Source: Candidatus Latescibacterota bacterium
Lineage (GTDB): Bacteria > Latescibacterota > UBA2968 > GCA-2709665
Length of the DNA: 64,000 bases
Direction of reading: 5' to 3'
Assembly: GCA_965248435.1 (NCBI GenBank)
Contig: OZ252100.1
Coordinates: 4,384,001 to 4,448,000, forward strand
The first letter of the stretch is position 1. Each line of letters starts with the position of its first letter. Below, piece by piece: positions 32,176 through 40,671 of this stretch. The notes beneath the pieces are model-generated. The model saw nothing but the letters and a program-made list of their open reading frames with translations. It was not told the DNA's origin and made no database searches. A program made the position numbers and the translations under genes.

Positions 32176-33183
32176 TCTGCTGACCGAAATGGGACTTTCG
32201 TTGGCGTAGACGACGTCCTGGTGAAGCACGAATTCGGGTCGCAGAAAGTCGGCCGGACCAACGGCACCTCCCAGGTGGTCACTCCGGCCATAGGCCCAGT
32301 GAAAGCCGGCCTTCTCATCTTCCAACACATTTCCCCATACAACTGCCGCCTGATTGCACCCCAGAGCGAACTCCGCGATGTTTCTCCGCGCGGGATCAGC
32401 TTCGAAGACCGCGCGCAGGTCTGTCGAGGCAGGCCCTTGGCCGTGGACGTTGACGATTCGATTGGCCTCCACCTGAAGGATCACGGTCTCGTGGCCTGAA
32501 CTGACCGGGATTTCTCCCTGTGTCGTGCTGGGGTCATCCGGCCGCTCTCCTTCGTAAGGTACCAAAAACGTCTCACCGCTCGGTAAGTTGATGACCGACC
32601 CCTCAGACTTGTGACGGGGAAGCTGACCGTCGTCCATCTTCACCTCCCGGTGGCGAAGGTCCACCTGCCATTCGTGACCGGTCGAGAAGGTGACCCTCGC
32701 CGCAACAGCACCCTCGAGTTTGGAAGCAAGAAGGCGACACCTCCGAGTGACCTCCTGATAATCAGCGGAAAGTGCGGTTTGCTCCATTCGCCTTGCAACG
32801 CCGGGAAGTGAAGCGGCACGGAAGTCGGCGTGCGCCTCGGCCCAGCCGACGAGTGGGGCCGTGGCTGAATGCTCTGTAAGCCCCACAGCCAGTGTTGCCT
32901 GACCCAGGGCGTCTGCAAGCGAAAGGGGGCTTCCCTTTTCCAGGGGCAGACCTGCGTTGTGCCCCGCGGTGGCCGGGAAGGTTATCAGGGGTAGGACAGA
33001 GAATCCAACCTGGCTCGAGAGGGATACGAAGGCGGCGTGCCATTCGGCAGCCATAACCCGGCGCTCAGACCACAGCGGGTTGTCTTGCAGCTGTCCGTGA
33101 GGGGCGTCGGCGAAGACGAGTACGCGCTCATCCGCTTCGAGATGAAAGACGTCCGTGTAGAGCCTGTGAAGGTCAAGGGCCAT
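32044..33183 (-). CDS. M29-like (thermophilic metalloprotease) aminopeptidase; native C-terminus apparently lost at ~32175
   Basis: NLPSGE, NIAEFALGCN, EDEK, HWAYGRSDH, HQD. Confidence 0.75.
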   Translation of the reverse strand: MALDLHRLYTDVFHLEADERVLVFADAPHGQLQDNPLWSERRVMAAEWHAAFVSLSSQVGFSVLPLITFPATAGHNAGLPLEKGSPLSLADALGQATLAVGLTEHSATAPLVGWAEAHADFRAASLPGVARRMEQTALSADYQEVTRRCRLLASKLEGAVAARVTFSTGHEWQVDLRHREVKMDDGQLPRHKSEGSVINLPSGETFLVPYEGERPDDPSTTQGEIPVSSGHETVILQVEANRIVNVHGQGPASTDLRAVFEADPARRNIAEFALGCNQAAVVWGNVLEDEKAGFHWAYGRSDHLGGAVGPADFLRPEFVLHQDVVYANESPISVSRLGERLKNGLPDPPDGIRNEPHPPRFVKSFRSTDQSDVPGTDKV

Positions 33184-33396
33184 GGCTAACCTGCGCACGT
33201 CCTAGCTGCAGCGTGAGTCGATCTGTTGAATAATCGAAGTAATGAACAAGAAGGGAGATCTGCAAGTCGGATTTACTTGGCTTGTGGGGGCTTGACCCGT
33301 GTGTAGATAGCGGTTACATTGCCGTCGAATCTTGAACATCGAGTCCGGACGAGATTGTGACGAGTTTCGAATGACAGACGACGAAAGGAACGGTCC

Positions 33397-34044
33397 GTGA
33401 GGCGGGCACTGGTGGTATACGGGGGATGGGATGGGCACGAGCCCCGAGCTTGTGTGGACGTCTTCGTTCCGCTCCTGAATGAAGACGGATTCGACGTAGA
33501 GCTGTCGGACACGCTGGAGGTCTACCGGGATCTGGATCGAATCGAGGGCCTCGGGCTGATCGTTCAATGCTGGACGATGGGAACGATCTCGAAAGAAGAA
33601 GAAAAAGGCCTGCTAGATGCTGTAAAGGAAGGGGTGGGGTTTGCGGGGTGGCACGGGGGGACCGGCGACGCGTTTCGAAACAATCCGACCTTTCAGTGGA
33701 TGGTGGGGGGGCAGTTCGTGTCCCATCCTGGGGGCATCAGGGACTACGGGGTCCAGATTGTTGATCGCGAGGATCCGATCACCCGGGGAATCGACGATTT
33801 CAAGATGCGATCCGAGCAGTACTATATGCACGTGGATCCCTCGAACGAGGTGCTGGCCACGACGAGGTTTGATGCGTCGGAGGCATCGTGGGTAAACGGG
33901 TGCGTGATGCCGGTCGCGTGGAAACGGATGTGGGGAAAAGGGCGCGTGTTCTATTCGTCTTTGGGTCATAAAGTCGTGGATTTCGAAACCGTGGAAGCCC
34001 GAGAGATACAGCGACGCGGAATGGCCTGGGCGGCGAGCGATTGA
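33397..34044 (+). CDS. ThuA-domain protein
   Basis: [29 protein letters not shown]. Confidence 0.88.
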   Translation: MRRALVVYGGWDGHEPRACVDVFVPLLNEDGFDVELSDTLEVYRDLDRIEGLGLIVQCWTMGTISKEEEKGLLDAVKEGVGFAGWHGGTGDAFRNNPTFQWMVGGQFVSHPGGIRDYGVQIVDREDPITRGIDDFKMRSEQYYMHVDPSNEVLATTRFDASEASWVNGCVMPVAWKRMWGKGRVFYSSLGHKVVDFETVEAREIQRRGMAWAASD

Positions 34045-34057
34045 TCGGACTGAAGGC

Positions 34058-34086
34058 TTGACTTCAAGCATGGCGTAATGTATTTT
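34058..34086 (+). promoter_or_regulatory. sigma70-like promoter of tRNA-Cys
   Basis: TTGACT-N17-TATTTT. Confidence 0.55.
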
Positions 34087-34108
34087 TCTGAACAGACATA
34101 GGAAAATA

Positions 34109-34183
34109 GGCGACGTAGCCAAGTGGTAAGGCAGGGGCCTGCAAAGCCCTCATTCGGCGGTTCGAATCCGCCCGTCGCCTCCA
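34109..34183 (+). tRNA. tRNA-Cys(GCA)
   Basis: GGCGACG/CGTCGCC acceptor stem, anticodon loop CTGCAAA, GTTCGAATC, encoded CCA. Confidence 0.96.
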
Positions 34184-34351
34184 AACATAGATGCGTCGTG
34201 ATCCAATCTGCAGCGGCTGCCTCGGCAAAAGAGGCAGCCGTTTCTTCGTTTCGGGGCCCATAGTTGAGAGGAACCACGGCAGGAGCGCTGGGGGTGGGAC
34301 TAGACTGCGAGTGCTGAGGGATTGGAGGAGTAAGGGAAAGAAGCGCGAGCG

Positions 34352-34512
34352 TTGGAGTAATGGAGTAATGGGAAGGCAGGGATTTTCACTCCAACACTCC
34401 AGTACTGCAATACTCCATGTCCGGGGAGTTGAAAGCTGGAGTCGTGGGAGTGTTTAGGTAATGGAGTAATGAAGAGGAAGGTCTTCCGACACTCCAGTAC
34501 TGCAATACTCCA
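34352..34512. repeat. Two copies of an octamer-period palindromic element
   Basis: (TGGAGTAA)n left arms; identical 24-mer ACACTCCAGTACTGCAATACTCCA at 34394-34417 and 34489-34512. Confidence 0.8.
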
Positions 34513-34562
34513 GAATCATGAAGCTGGGCGGCATGGATTCCGCGCTATGCATTTCCTCTTGC

Positions 34563-34591
34563 TTGACAACCTGTACCACGTTACCTATTTT
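34563..34591 (+). promoter_or_regulatory. sigma70-like promoter of tRNA-Leu
   Basis: TTGACA-N17-TATTTT. Confidence 0.6.
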
Positions 34592-34610
34592 CGATTCTTC
34601 ATCGGATGGT

Positions 34611-34699
34611 GCCGGGATGATGGAATTGGTAGACATAGGGGACTTAAAATCCCCCGGGCGGTTTCGCCCGTGCCGGTTCGAGTCCGGCTCCCGGCACCA
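34611..34699 (+). tRNA. tRNA-Leu(TAA)
   Basis: GCCGGGA/TCCCGGC acceptor stem, CTTAAAA loop, long variable arm, encoded CCA. Confidence 0.96.
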
Positions 34700-35024
34700 A
34701 CCTTTCGGAAACTCTCCGTTACGGACTACCCCCTCTACCCGAAAACCCATTTTGGAAGGAACGGACTTAAGGAAGTCCCTTTCCCAGAGAGACGTTGAGG
34801 TAGAAGCCCGCTGGATTCACTTTCAGAAGGATGTCGCCAGAGGGTCTCACCAAGATCTTTTCAATATTCCTGCTGCTCGCAGAACTGCCGACATTTGTCT
34901 ACTTGAGCTTTGACCGATTCCGGCCTTGCCTTGGCGGCTTCGATATGCCTTTCGGACGTCTACCAGCGCTCGAATCTCCGATTGGCCGGCCGCTTCGTCA
35001 GTATCCAGAACAGCACAGCTTGCC

Positions 35025-36350
35025 ATGAGAAACTCCTTTCCTCCATCACCTTTGGATCGCTCGACCCTGGTCCGGCGGACCTACTGGGTTCTTCTCGGAC
35101 TGTCCGCCTGTCTGCATTTTGCTGTTTTGGCGGATTACGTAGCGACCAAGAGCGACACGCCCTTTCTGCTCGGATTCTCAAAGAGCAAGTTTGCACTGAT
35201 CGCCCTGTATGTCTGCTTCATCGTCTCTCACCTGGGCCTATTGTTTGCCTCGTATCGCGTTCTGAAGTCAGGGCCTGTTCTTATGGCAACCGTATGTTCG
35301 CTCATATACGCATCGATAGAGGTGGGGTTCAGGTATCACGGATTTGGGCTGATTACGCCTGCTGAGATCTATCGGGTAAGCTATAGGCGGAGCGTACCGA
35401 ATGAGTTCCTGTATATTGGACAAGAGTTACTTCGGCCCAAAGAATTTAAGACCTGGGTCAGAATTAACTCACGTGGGTACAACGATCTTGAGAGGGACTG
35501 CAGATCCGAGGAAGACAAGACCTACAAGGTCGTGCTTCTTGGTGATTCCTATGTTGCAGGCTTCCAGATCGAGCAGGAAGACCACCTGCATCGACGACTA
35601 GAACCGTTACTGGAAAAGGCTTGGGGTCGAGATGTCAAGGTCATCGCAGTCGGCAAGAACGGTCAGGGATTGACCTGGCAGCTCCAAATACTCCCGGAGA
35701 CACTTGCATGCTATCGTCCCCAACTTGTGATCTCGGCCTATGGGGCCTGGTATCAGAGGCGAGAAGGCGGACTCAGGAAGCTTCTGGGTGTCACCAAGGA
35801 AATGGACGATTCCTGGCTTAGAAGTAGAGCGCAGGCGCGGTCATACTATTATTGGTTGTACCACAACCCGATCTTACATGCGATAATCTGGAGAAATCTC
35901 TCGAACACTGCTGGGTACATTTTGATACGAACGGCAAATGTTCTGGATCGACAGTCTCGAAGTCAGGCAAGAACACCTGCGGAGAATGCAAAATTGCTGA
36001 TGGATCACGGACGGGATTTCCGGCTGGCGTACCGGGAGATGCAACGATTGCTCGAACCTTATCAGGCGAAACTTTTCGTGGCTATATATTCTGGTAGTGG
36101 AGGTGGTATTCCATACTATCGAAATCCCACAGGAGACCCGTCAATCTGGGTCGAGCGCGAATCCATTGCCGAACGTGCGTTACAGGAGATGGACTTACCA
36201 TACGTCAACCTTTCGAAGCGGTTCGCAGAACTCGGCTACTCGAAGGAAACCTTAAACTACAAGTTCGATGGGCACTGGCGGGCAGAGGGACATCTTCGGG
36301 GGGCGGAGGAAATAGCCCTATCCCTCCAGAAGATGCATGTCTCACACTGA
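35025..36350 (+). CDS. Membrane-anchored SGNH/GDSL hydrolase-like protein
   Basis: N-terminal TMs, INSRG, LGDSY, DGHW..EGH; start uncertain. Confidence 0.8.
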   Translation: MRNSFPPSPLDRSTLVRRTYWVLLGLSACLHFAVLADYVATKSDTPFLLGFSKSKFALIALYVCFIVSHLGLLFASYRVLKSGPVLMATVCSLIYASIEVGFRYHGFGLITPAEIYRVSYRRSVPNEFLYIGQELLRPKEFKTWVRINSRGYNDLERDCRSEEDKTYKVVLLGDSYVAGFQIEQEDHLHRRLEPLLEKAWGRDVKVIAVGKNGQGLTWQLQILPETLACYRPQLVISAYGAWYQRREGGLRKLLGVTKEMDDSWLRSRAQARSYYYWLYHNPILHAIIWRNLSNTAGYILIRTANVLDRQSRSQARTPAENAKLLMDHGRDFRLAYREMQRLLEPYQAKLFVAIYSGSGGGIPYYRNPTGDPSIWVERESIAERALQEMDLPYVNLSKRFAELGYSKETLNYKFDGHWRAEGHLRGAEEIALSLQKMHVSH

Positions 36351-36494
36351 GACCACAGCCAGAAAGAAACGGTTTCTTGATGGTTGCAGAATTTGCCTTT
36401 TGGTGGTAACCAGGCTCCCGGTACCAACTGAAAGGGAAACCCGGCAAGGATCTGTCAGGGGACGGTTTCAAGAGCACTTCAGAGGGAGGATTCC

Positions 36495-37385
36495 ATGGCG
36501 GACCAGACCTATCGCGTGGCACCCAAGGGGTTCACGCCCGAGCAGTGGGAGGAATTCATGGAAGAGTGACTTCTCGTGATCGAGAACGCCCTTTCTCAGG
36601 ATGAAGTGGACACCTATCTCGAGGCCATCGACCGATGCTGCACAGTTGACGCGAAATACGACCCCGGCAAGTTCTATATGACTGAGAATATGGTCGAAAG
36701 AGACCCAGCTTTCGCGGAGTTGATCGATCACCCCCGGCACGTCGGCTATGTCTACGACATCTACGGCGAACTGCTGAAGCTGCACATATCACAGATCTTC
36801 ATTCGCCCGCCTGATGGTGCTCACAACCATTGGCATCACGACGGCCCACGCGTTGTGCCGTATGCGGTTTTCGCACCGGAATTGCCGCTTCAGGTTAAGA
36901 TCAGCTATTGGCTCACCGATCTTCCCAGTGCCATGATGGGTAACTTCGTCTACATGCCGGGAAGTCACCGGTCCCAATACTCCGAGCATTACCACACACA
37001 CGAGAACGTGAATGGCGAGAGAATCCTCTGCGTTCCCAGTGGGACTATGACGCTGACGCAGTGCAACACCTGGCATCGGGTAGAACCCAACAAGAGCGAT
37101 GTGGTGCGGAAAAACATCTTTCTGTCCTACTGCCCTTCATGGATCTGTGAGGGTGACCGGTACGCGTCTTCTCCGGAGTGGCTCAAGACGCTAAATCGGG
37201 AACAGAGCATTATCATGCGGAGCTATTCCTACGGTTATGACCGGGCCAAGCCGCCTGCCGAAGACTTCCCGCTCTTTCTAGACCGCGAAACAGGTAGCGA
37301 CTCCGACGCCGATACGCCTGTCCCGTTGAAGCAGCGGAAGCGACGCACGATGCACGAGAAGCTTAGGATGTTTGTGCCCGCTTGA
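36495..37385 (+). pseudogene. Phytanoyl-CoA dioxygenase (PhyH) family gene with in-frame TGA at codon 25
   Basis: GGAGGA SD and ATG 36495; TGA at 36567-36569; WHHD, PGSH, WH motifs downstream. Confidence 0.75.
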
Positions 37386-37639
37386 CCTGAATAGGCCGGT
37401 ATGAGGTATGCCCGTCTGAGAGACATTAAAAACTGGAAGGATAGAGAGAGCTGGAGGCCGACCTATGTCGCCAAATTCTGTAATCCATCTGATGGATTTC
37501 TTTCCTGGGCCATCGACAGTATGGGTGCGGTCTTTACGATATAAGTTTGGAATGGAGAAACTAAAAGATAGACTACCATGATTCCGTCAGAGCCGCGGTT
37601 TAAACTCATGGCAATGAGCAGACGTTCGGCATATTTTAC

Positions 37640-37670
37640 AGCTCCAAAGAGGATCCTTTGGAGCTTTTTT
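37640..37670 (+). terminator. Intrinsic terminator-like hairpin
   Basis: AGCTCCAAAG / CTTTGGAGCT plus TTTTT. Confidence 0.6.
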
Positions 37671-37741
37671 AATGCCTCGATCTACATTCTCCCTGGAATT
37701 CCAACGACACCTCACGCCAGGGACGCCGTCGGAGGCTTGAT

Positions 37742-39253
37742 TTGGACACCCGTTACGACGTGATTGTTGTTGGCGGCGGCGGCAGCGGTCTGGCCGCTGC
37801 GGTAAGCGCCGCCGAGAATGGGGCCTCAGTGATTTTGCTGGAAAAAGAGGCGCAGCTCGGGGGTACCACCGGGATTGCGGTAGGTTCGTTTACGGCCAAC
37901 CGGACCCGGATGCAGGAGCAGGCCGGGATCGACGACCACCTGGAGGCCCACGTCGAAGACGCGGGCGGATTTGCCGCACCCGAGATCGAGGCGCGAAACG
38001 CTGCGGGACTGCGGCGGTTTTTCTTGAGCCACACCGCGGAAACCCTTCACTGGTTGATGGGGATGGGAGTGCAGTTTCAGGGGCCGAACCCGGAGCCGCC
38101 CAATCGAGTGCCCCGCATGCACAACGTGGTGCCGGGAGCCAAGGCTTATGTCGCTACGCTTCAAGCCAGGCTGCTCCAAGAAGGCGGTACGATTTTGTGC
38201 AGAGCCCCGGTAGAGAACCTGGTTCGGGTTGGCGGGCAGGTCACGGGCGTGGTCGCACGTGTAGATGGAGCAGAAACCCGCCTTGCGGCGGATCGGGGCG
38301 TGGTGCTCGCCGCGGGCGACTATTCCAGCGCACCGGATCTCATCGGTCGGTTCAAGGGGGACCGGTTTACCGAGATAGAAGGGATCAACCCGCATTCCCA
38401 CGGGGATGGGCACAGGCTTGCGGAGGAGGCCGGGGGCAGGTTGGTGAACATGGACCTGACCTATGGCCCGGAGATCCGTTTTGTGGCGCCGGAGGGTCGG
38501 ACGTTTCAACAACTTCTGCCCGTAGGGGGTCCGGTCGCGGCGATGATGGGGAGACTGGTTTCTCTCACGCCTAAGTTCATATTTAACGCGCTGATCCTGC
38601 GGCTGCTGGTGACGTGGCAGCATCCTGAAGAGGCCCTGTTTGAAGACGGGGCGATCCTGATCAATGCGAAAGGTCGGAGATTCTGCGATGAAACCCGTTG
38701 TCCTGACCGTGAGATCGCGATTGCAGGGCAGCCGGGCAAGGTCTGCTATATACTGCTGGACGAGCGGCTGATCGAGCGGTACAGCCGCTGGCCTCATTTC
38801 ATCTCGACGGCGCCCGAGATCGCTTATGCCTATGTGGATGACTATTTGAGGCTGCGGCGGGACGTGGCGGTGGCCGGTCCTTCTCCGGCGGCGGTCGCCC
38901 GCAGACGGGACATTCCGGTTGAGGCCCTTGAAAAGACGGTGGCGGCCTACAATCGAGAGGCTGGGGCCGCGGACAGGCCTGCATTGCAGGGAAACCGGTG
39001 GGTACTGCTGGGGCCGGCCAAGGCGTATTTTACTACAACGGAGGGCGGCGCTGCGATCAACGAGCAGTTCCAGGTGCTGGACAAGAGCGACCGTCCCTTA
39101 CCCGGGCTGTATGCCGTAGGACAGAACGGCTTGGGCGGGCAGGTGCTGTGGGGTCACGGGCTGCACATCGCGTGGGCGATGACGAGCGGACGGATGGTAG
39201 GTGCACTGCTTGCGCGTGGAGGGGCGGGCAGGCAACAAGATCGTGTCGGGTAA
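37742..39253 (+). CDS. FAD-dependent oxidoreductase (FAD_binding_2; flavocytochrome c / ketosteroid dehydrogenase-like)
   Basis: VGGGGSG, LEK, GGTT, LAAGD, GDG, TEGG..IN, PGLYAVG, SGR. Confidence 0.88.
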   Translation: MDTRYDVIVVGGGGSGLAAAVSAAENGASVILLEKEAQLGGTTGIAVGSFTANRTRMQEQAGIDDHLEAHVEDAGGFAAPEIEARNAAGLRRFFLSHTAETLHWLMGMGVQFQGPNPEPPNRVPRMHNVVPGAKAYVATLQARLLQEGGTILCRAPVENLVRVGGQVTGVVARVDGAETRLAADRGVVLAAGDYSSAPDLIGRFKGDRFTEIEGINPHSHGDGHRLAEEAGGRLVNMDLTYGPEIRFVAPEGRTFQQLLPVGGPVAAMMGRLVSLTPKFIFNALILRLLVTWQHPEEALFEDGAILINAKGRRFCDETRCPDREIAIAGQPGKVCYILLDERLIERYSRWPHFISTAPEIAYAYVDDYLRLRRDVAVAGPSPAAVARRRDIPVEALEKTVAAYNREAGAADRPALQGNRWVLLGPAKAYFTTTEGGAAINEQFQVLDKSDRPLPGLYAVGQNGLGGQVLWGHGLHIAWAMTSGRMVGALLARGGAGRQQDRVG

Positions 39254-39286
39254 CGCCACGAAACTGAATACCTACTGGAGAATTGG

Positions 39287-40330
39287 ATGGCCAAACAACT
39301 GAACATCGCAATCATCGGCTGCGGCGGGATCAGCAATTCTCACATGCCCAATATTCTCAAGACGCCGGAGATGCGGCTTGTGGCGACGATGGATCTGGTG
39401 GAGGAGGCGGAACGCCCGAATGGAAAACGGTTTGGCGCGAAGGTGCGCGCAGAGGAGGGCAACGCGGATTATTTCACGACCGACCTGGACCGCGTGCTTT
39501 CCGACCCCGACATAGACGCGGTGTTGATCATGTCGACGCACGACACGCACGCAGAGATCGTCCAGAAGGCCTGCGCTGCGGGCAAGCAGATATTCTGCGA
39601 GAAGCCGCTGGCGATGACGATGGAGGAGGCCAGGGCCATCCAGAAGGCGGTCCACGAGTCGGGCGTTCGGTTGATGGCGGGATGGTGGTTTAAACACTCG
39701 CCGGTGACGAAGCGGCTGCGCGAAGTGATCCACCAGCCGTATTACACCCTCTTTACCTGTCGAGTCAGGCGCCCGGGACCTGACGATCGCCACGGTCCCT
39801 ACGGCCGCAGCGGGCTGCTTGACAACTCCGGCTACAACATCCACTGGATCTGGCACGTGATGCGGTCTCAGCCCGTCGAGGTGTTCGCGATGGGGTACGA
39901 AGGACGGCCCACCAACACCAGTACGATCGTCATCCGGTTCGAAAACGGGGGGGTTGCCACTTCTGTTTACAGCACTGTGGGTACGGGCGGCATTCTCCCC
40001 AAGCATTACGCCGAGGTCCACGCCGGTTCGATGAGCGCGGCCACGCTTCGGTTCGGGAACCTGGTGTTCGAGGGAACGGACGAGCCCGGCATCGAGGAGA
40101 ACGACTACCACAACGGATTCGATGAGGAAATGGGGATGTTTGCCCGGCTTTGCCTGGAGGGAGGGCCGAGCCCGATGGACGCGTGGGAGGCGTGTATTCC
40201 CACACTGATCTTCGAAAAGGCAATTGAGTCGATGCGCACAAGACAGCCGGTGCCTGTGGACCTCTCGAAGGAGTTCTACGTTCCCGGCGGCAAACTGCCT
40301 GCCAGCATCGAACGGTTCGGAGACGCATGA
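39287..40330 (+). CDS. Gfo/Idh/MocA oxidoreductase
   Basis: IIGCGGIS, CEKPLA. Confidence 0.88.
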   Translation: MAKQLNIAIIGCGGISNSHMPNILKTPEMRLVATMDLVEEAERPNGKRFGAKVRAEEGNADYFTTDLDRVLSDPDIDAVLIMSTHDTHAEIVQKACAAGKQIFCEKPLAMTMEEARAIQKAVHESGVRLMAGWWFKHSPVTKRLREVIHQPYYTLFTCRVRRPGPDDRHGPYGRSGLLDNSGYNIHWIWHVMRSQPVEVFAMGYEGRPTNTSTIVIRFENGGVATSVYSTVGTGGILPKHYAEVHAGSMSAATLRFGNLVFEGTDEPGIEENDYHNGFDEEMGMFARLCLEGGPSPMDAWEACIPTLIFEKAIESMRTRQPVPVDLSKEFYVPGGKLPASIERFGDA

Positions 40331-40509
40331 GACCGTGGATCGGCGTTCGTCGATGGAAATCGTAACAACTGGGCTCGGACCGAACGCAAATCAGAATTGT
40401 GGATTCCTACATCTTCTCATACTAAATTATCGTCTCAGATTTGATGTCGCCGGAACCGCTTTGCAGTAGGTTGAAGTATGTAGCACAAATTTACCATTGG
40501 TGGGAACCG

Positions 40510-40525
40510 GGCTCCCGGCACCAAC
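40510..40525 (+). repeat. att-like copy of tRNA-Leu 3' end
   Basis: 16-nt exact match including CCA; followed by AAGGCACTTG / CAAGTGCCTT inverted repeat (40545-40585). Confidence 0.75.
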
Positions 40526-40671
40526 AACAAATAAGTAAGATTTGAAGGCACTTGTGCGCCATCTTGAGAACATTGCAAGTGCCTTTACTACAGTGGGAAA
40601 TCTTGCCCGAGTTTCGGAAATTGCCGAGCAAGATCAGGCGCCATTGGACTTTGTCAACGCGCCCTGAAACA

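Larger units (their letters stand above)
34686..40525. mobile_element. Putative integrase-less genomic islet bounded by tRNA-Leu 3' direct repeats
   Basis: GGCTCCCGGCACCAAC at 34686-34701 and 40510-40525. Confidence 0.55.

Noticed and set aside
32176-32499. Novel C-terminal domain on the second sigma factor
   Set aside because: It is the antisense read-through of the aminopeptidase gene after the junction.
34352-34512. CRISPR array
   Set aside because: Only two units, internal 8-nt periodicity, and no cas genes.
36567-36569. Selenocysteine or TGA=Gly genetic code
   Set aside because: The position corresponds to a structural Gly rather than Cys, and TGA is used as stop throughout the window.
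37401-37604. Possible gene remnant (47 aa, stop, 19 aa) before a terminator
   Set aside because: No recognisable motif or SD; cannot be distinguished from a chance ORF.
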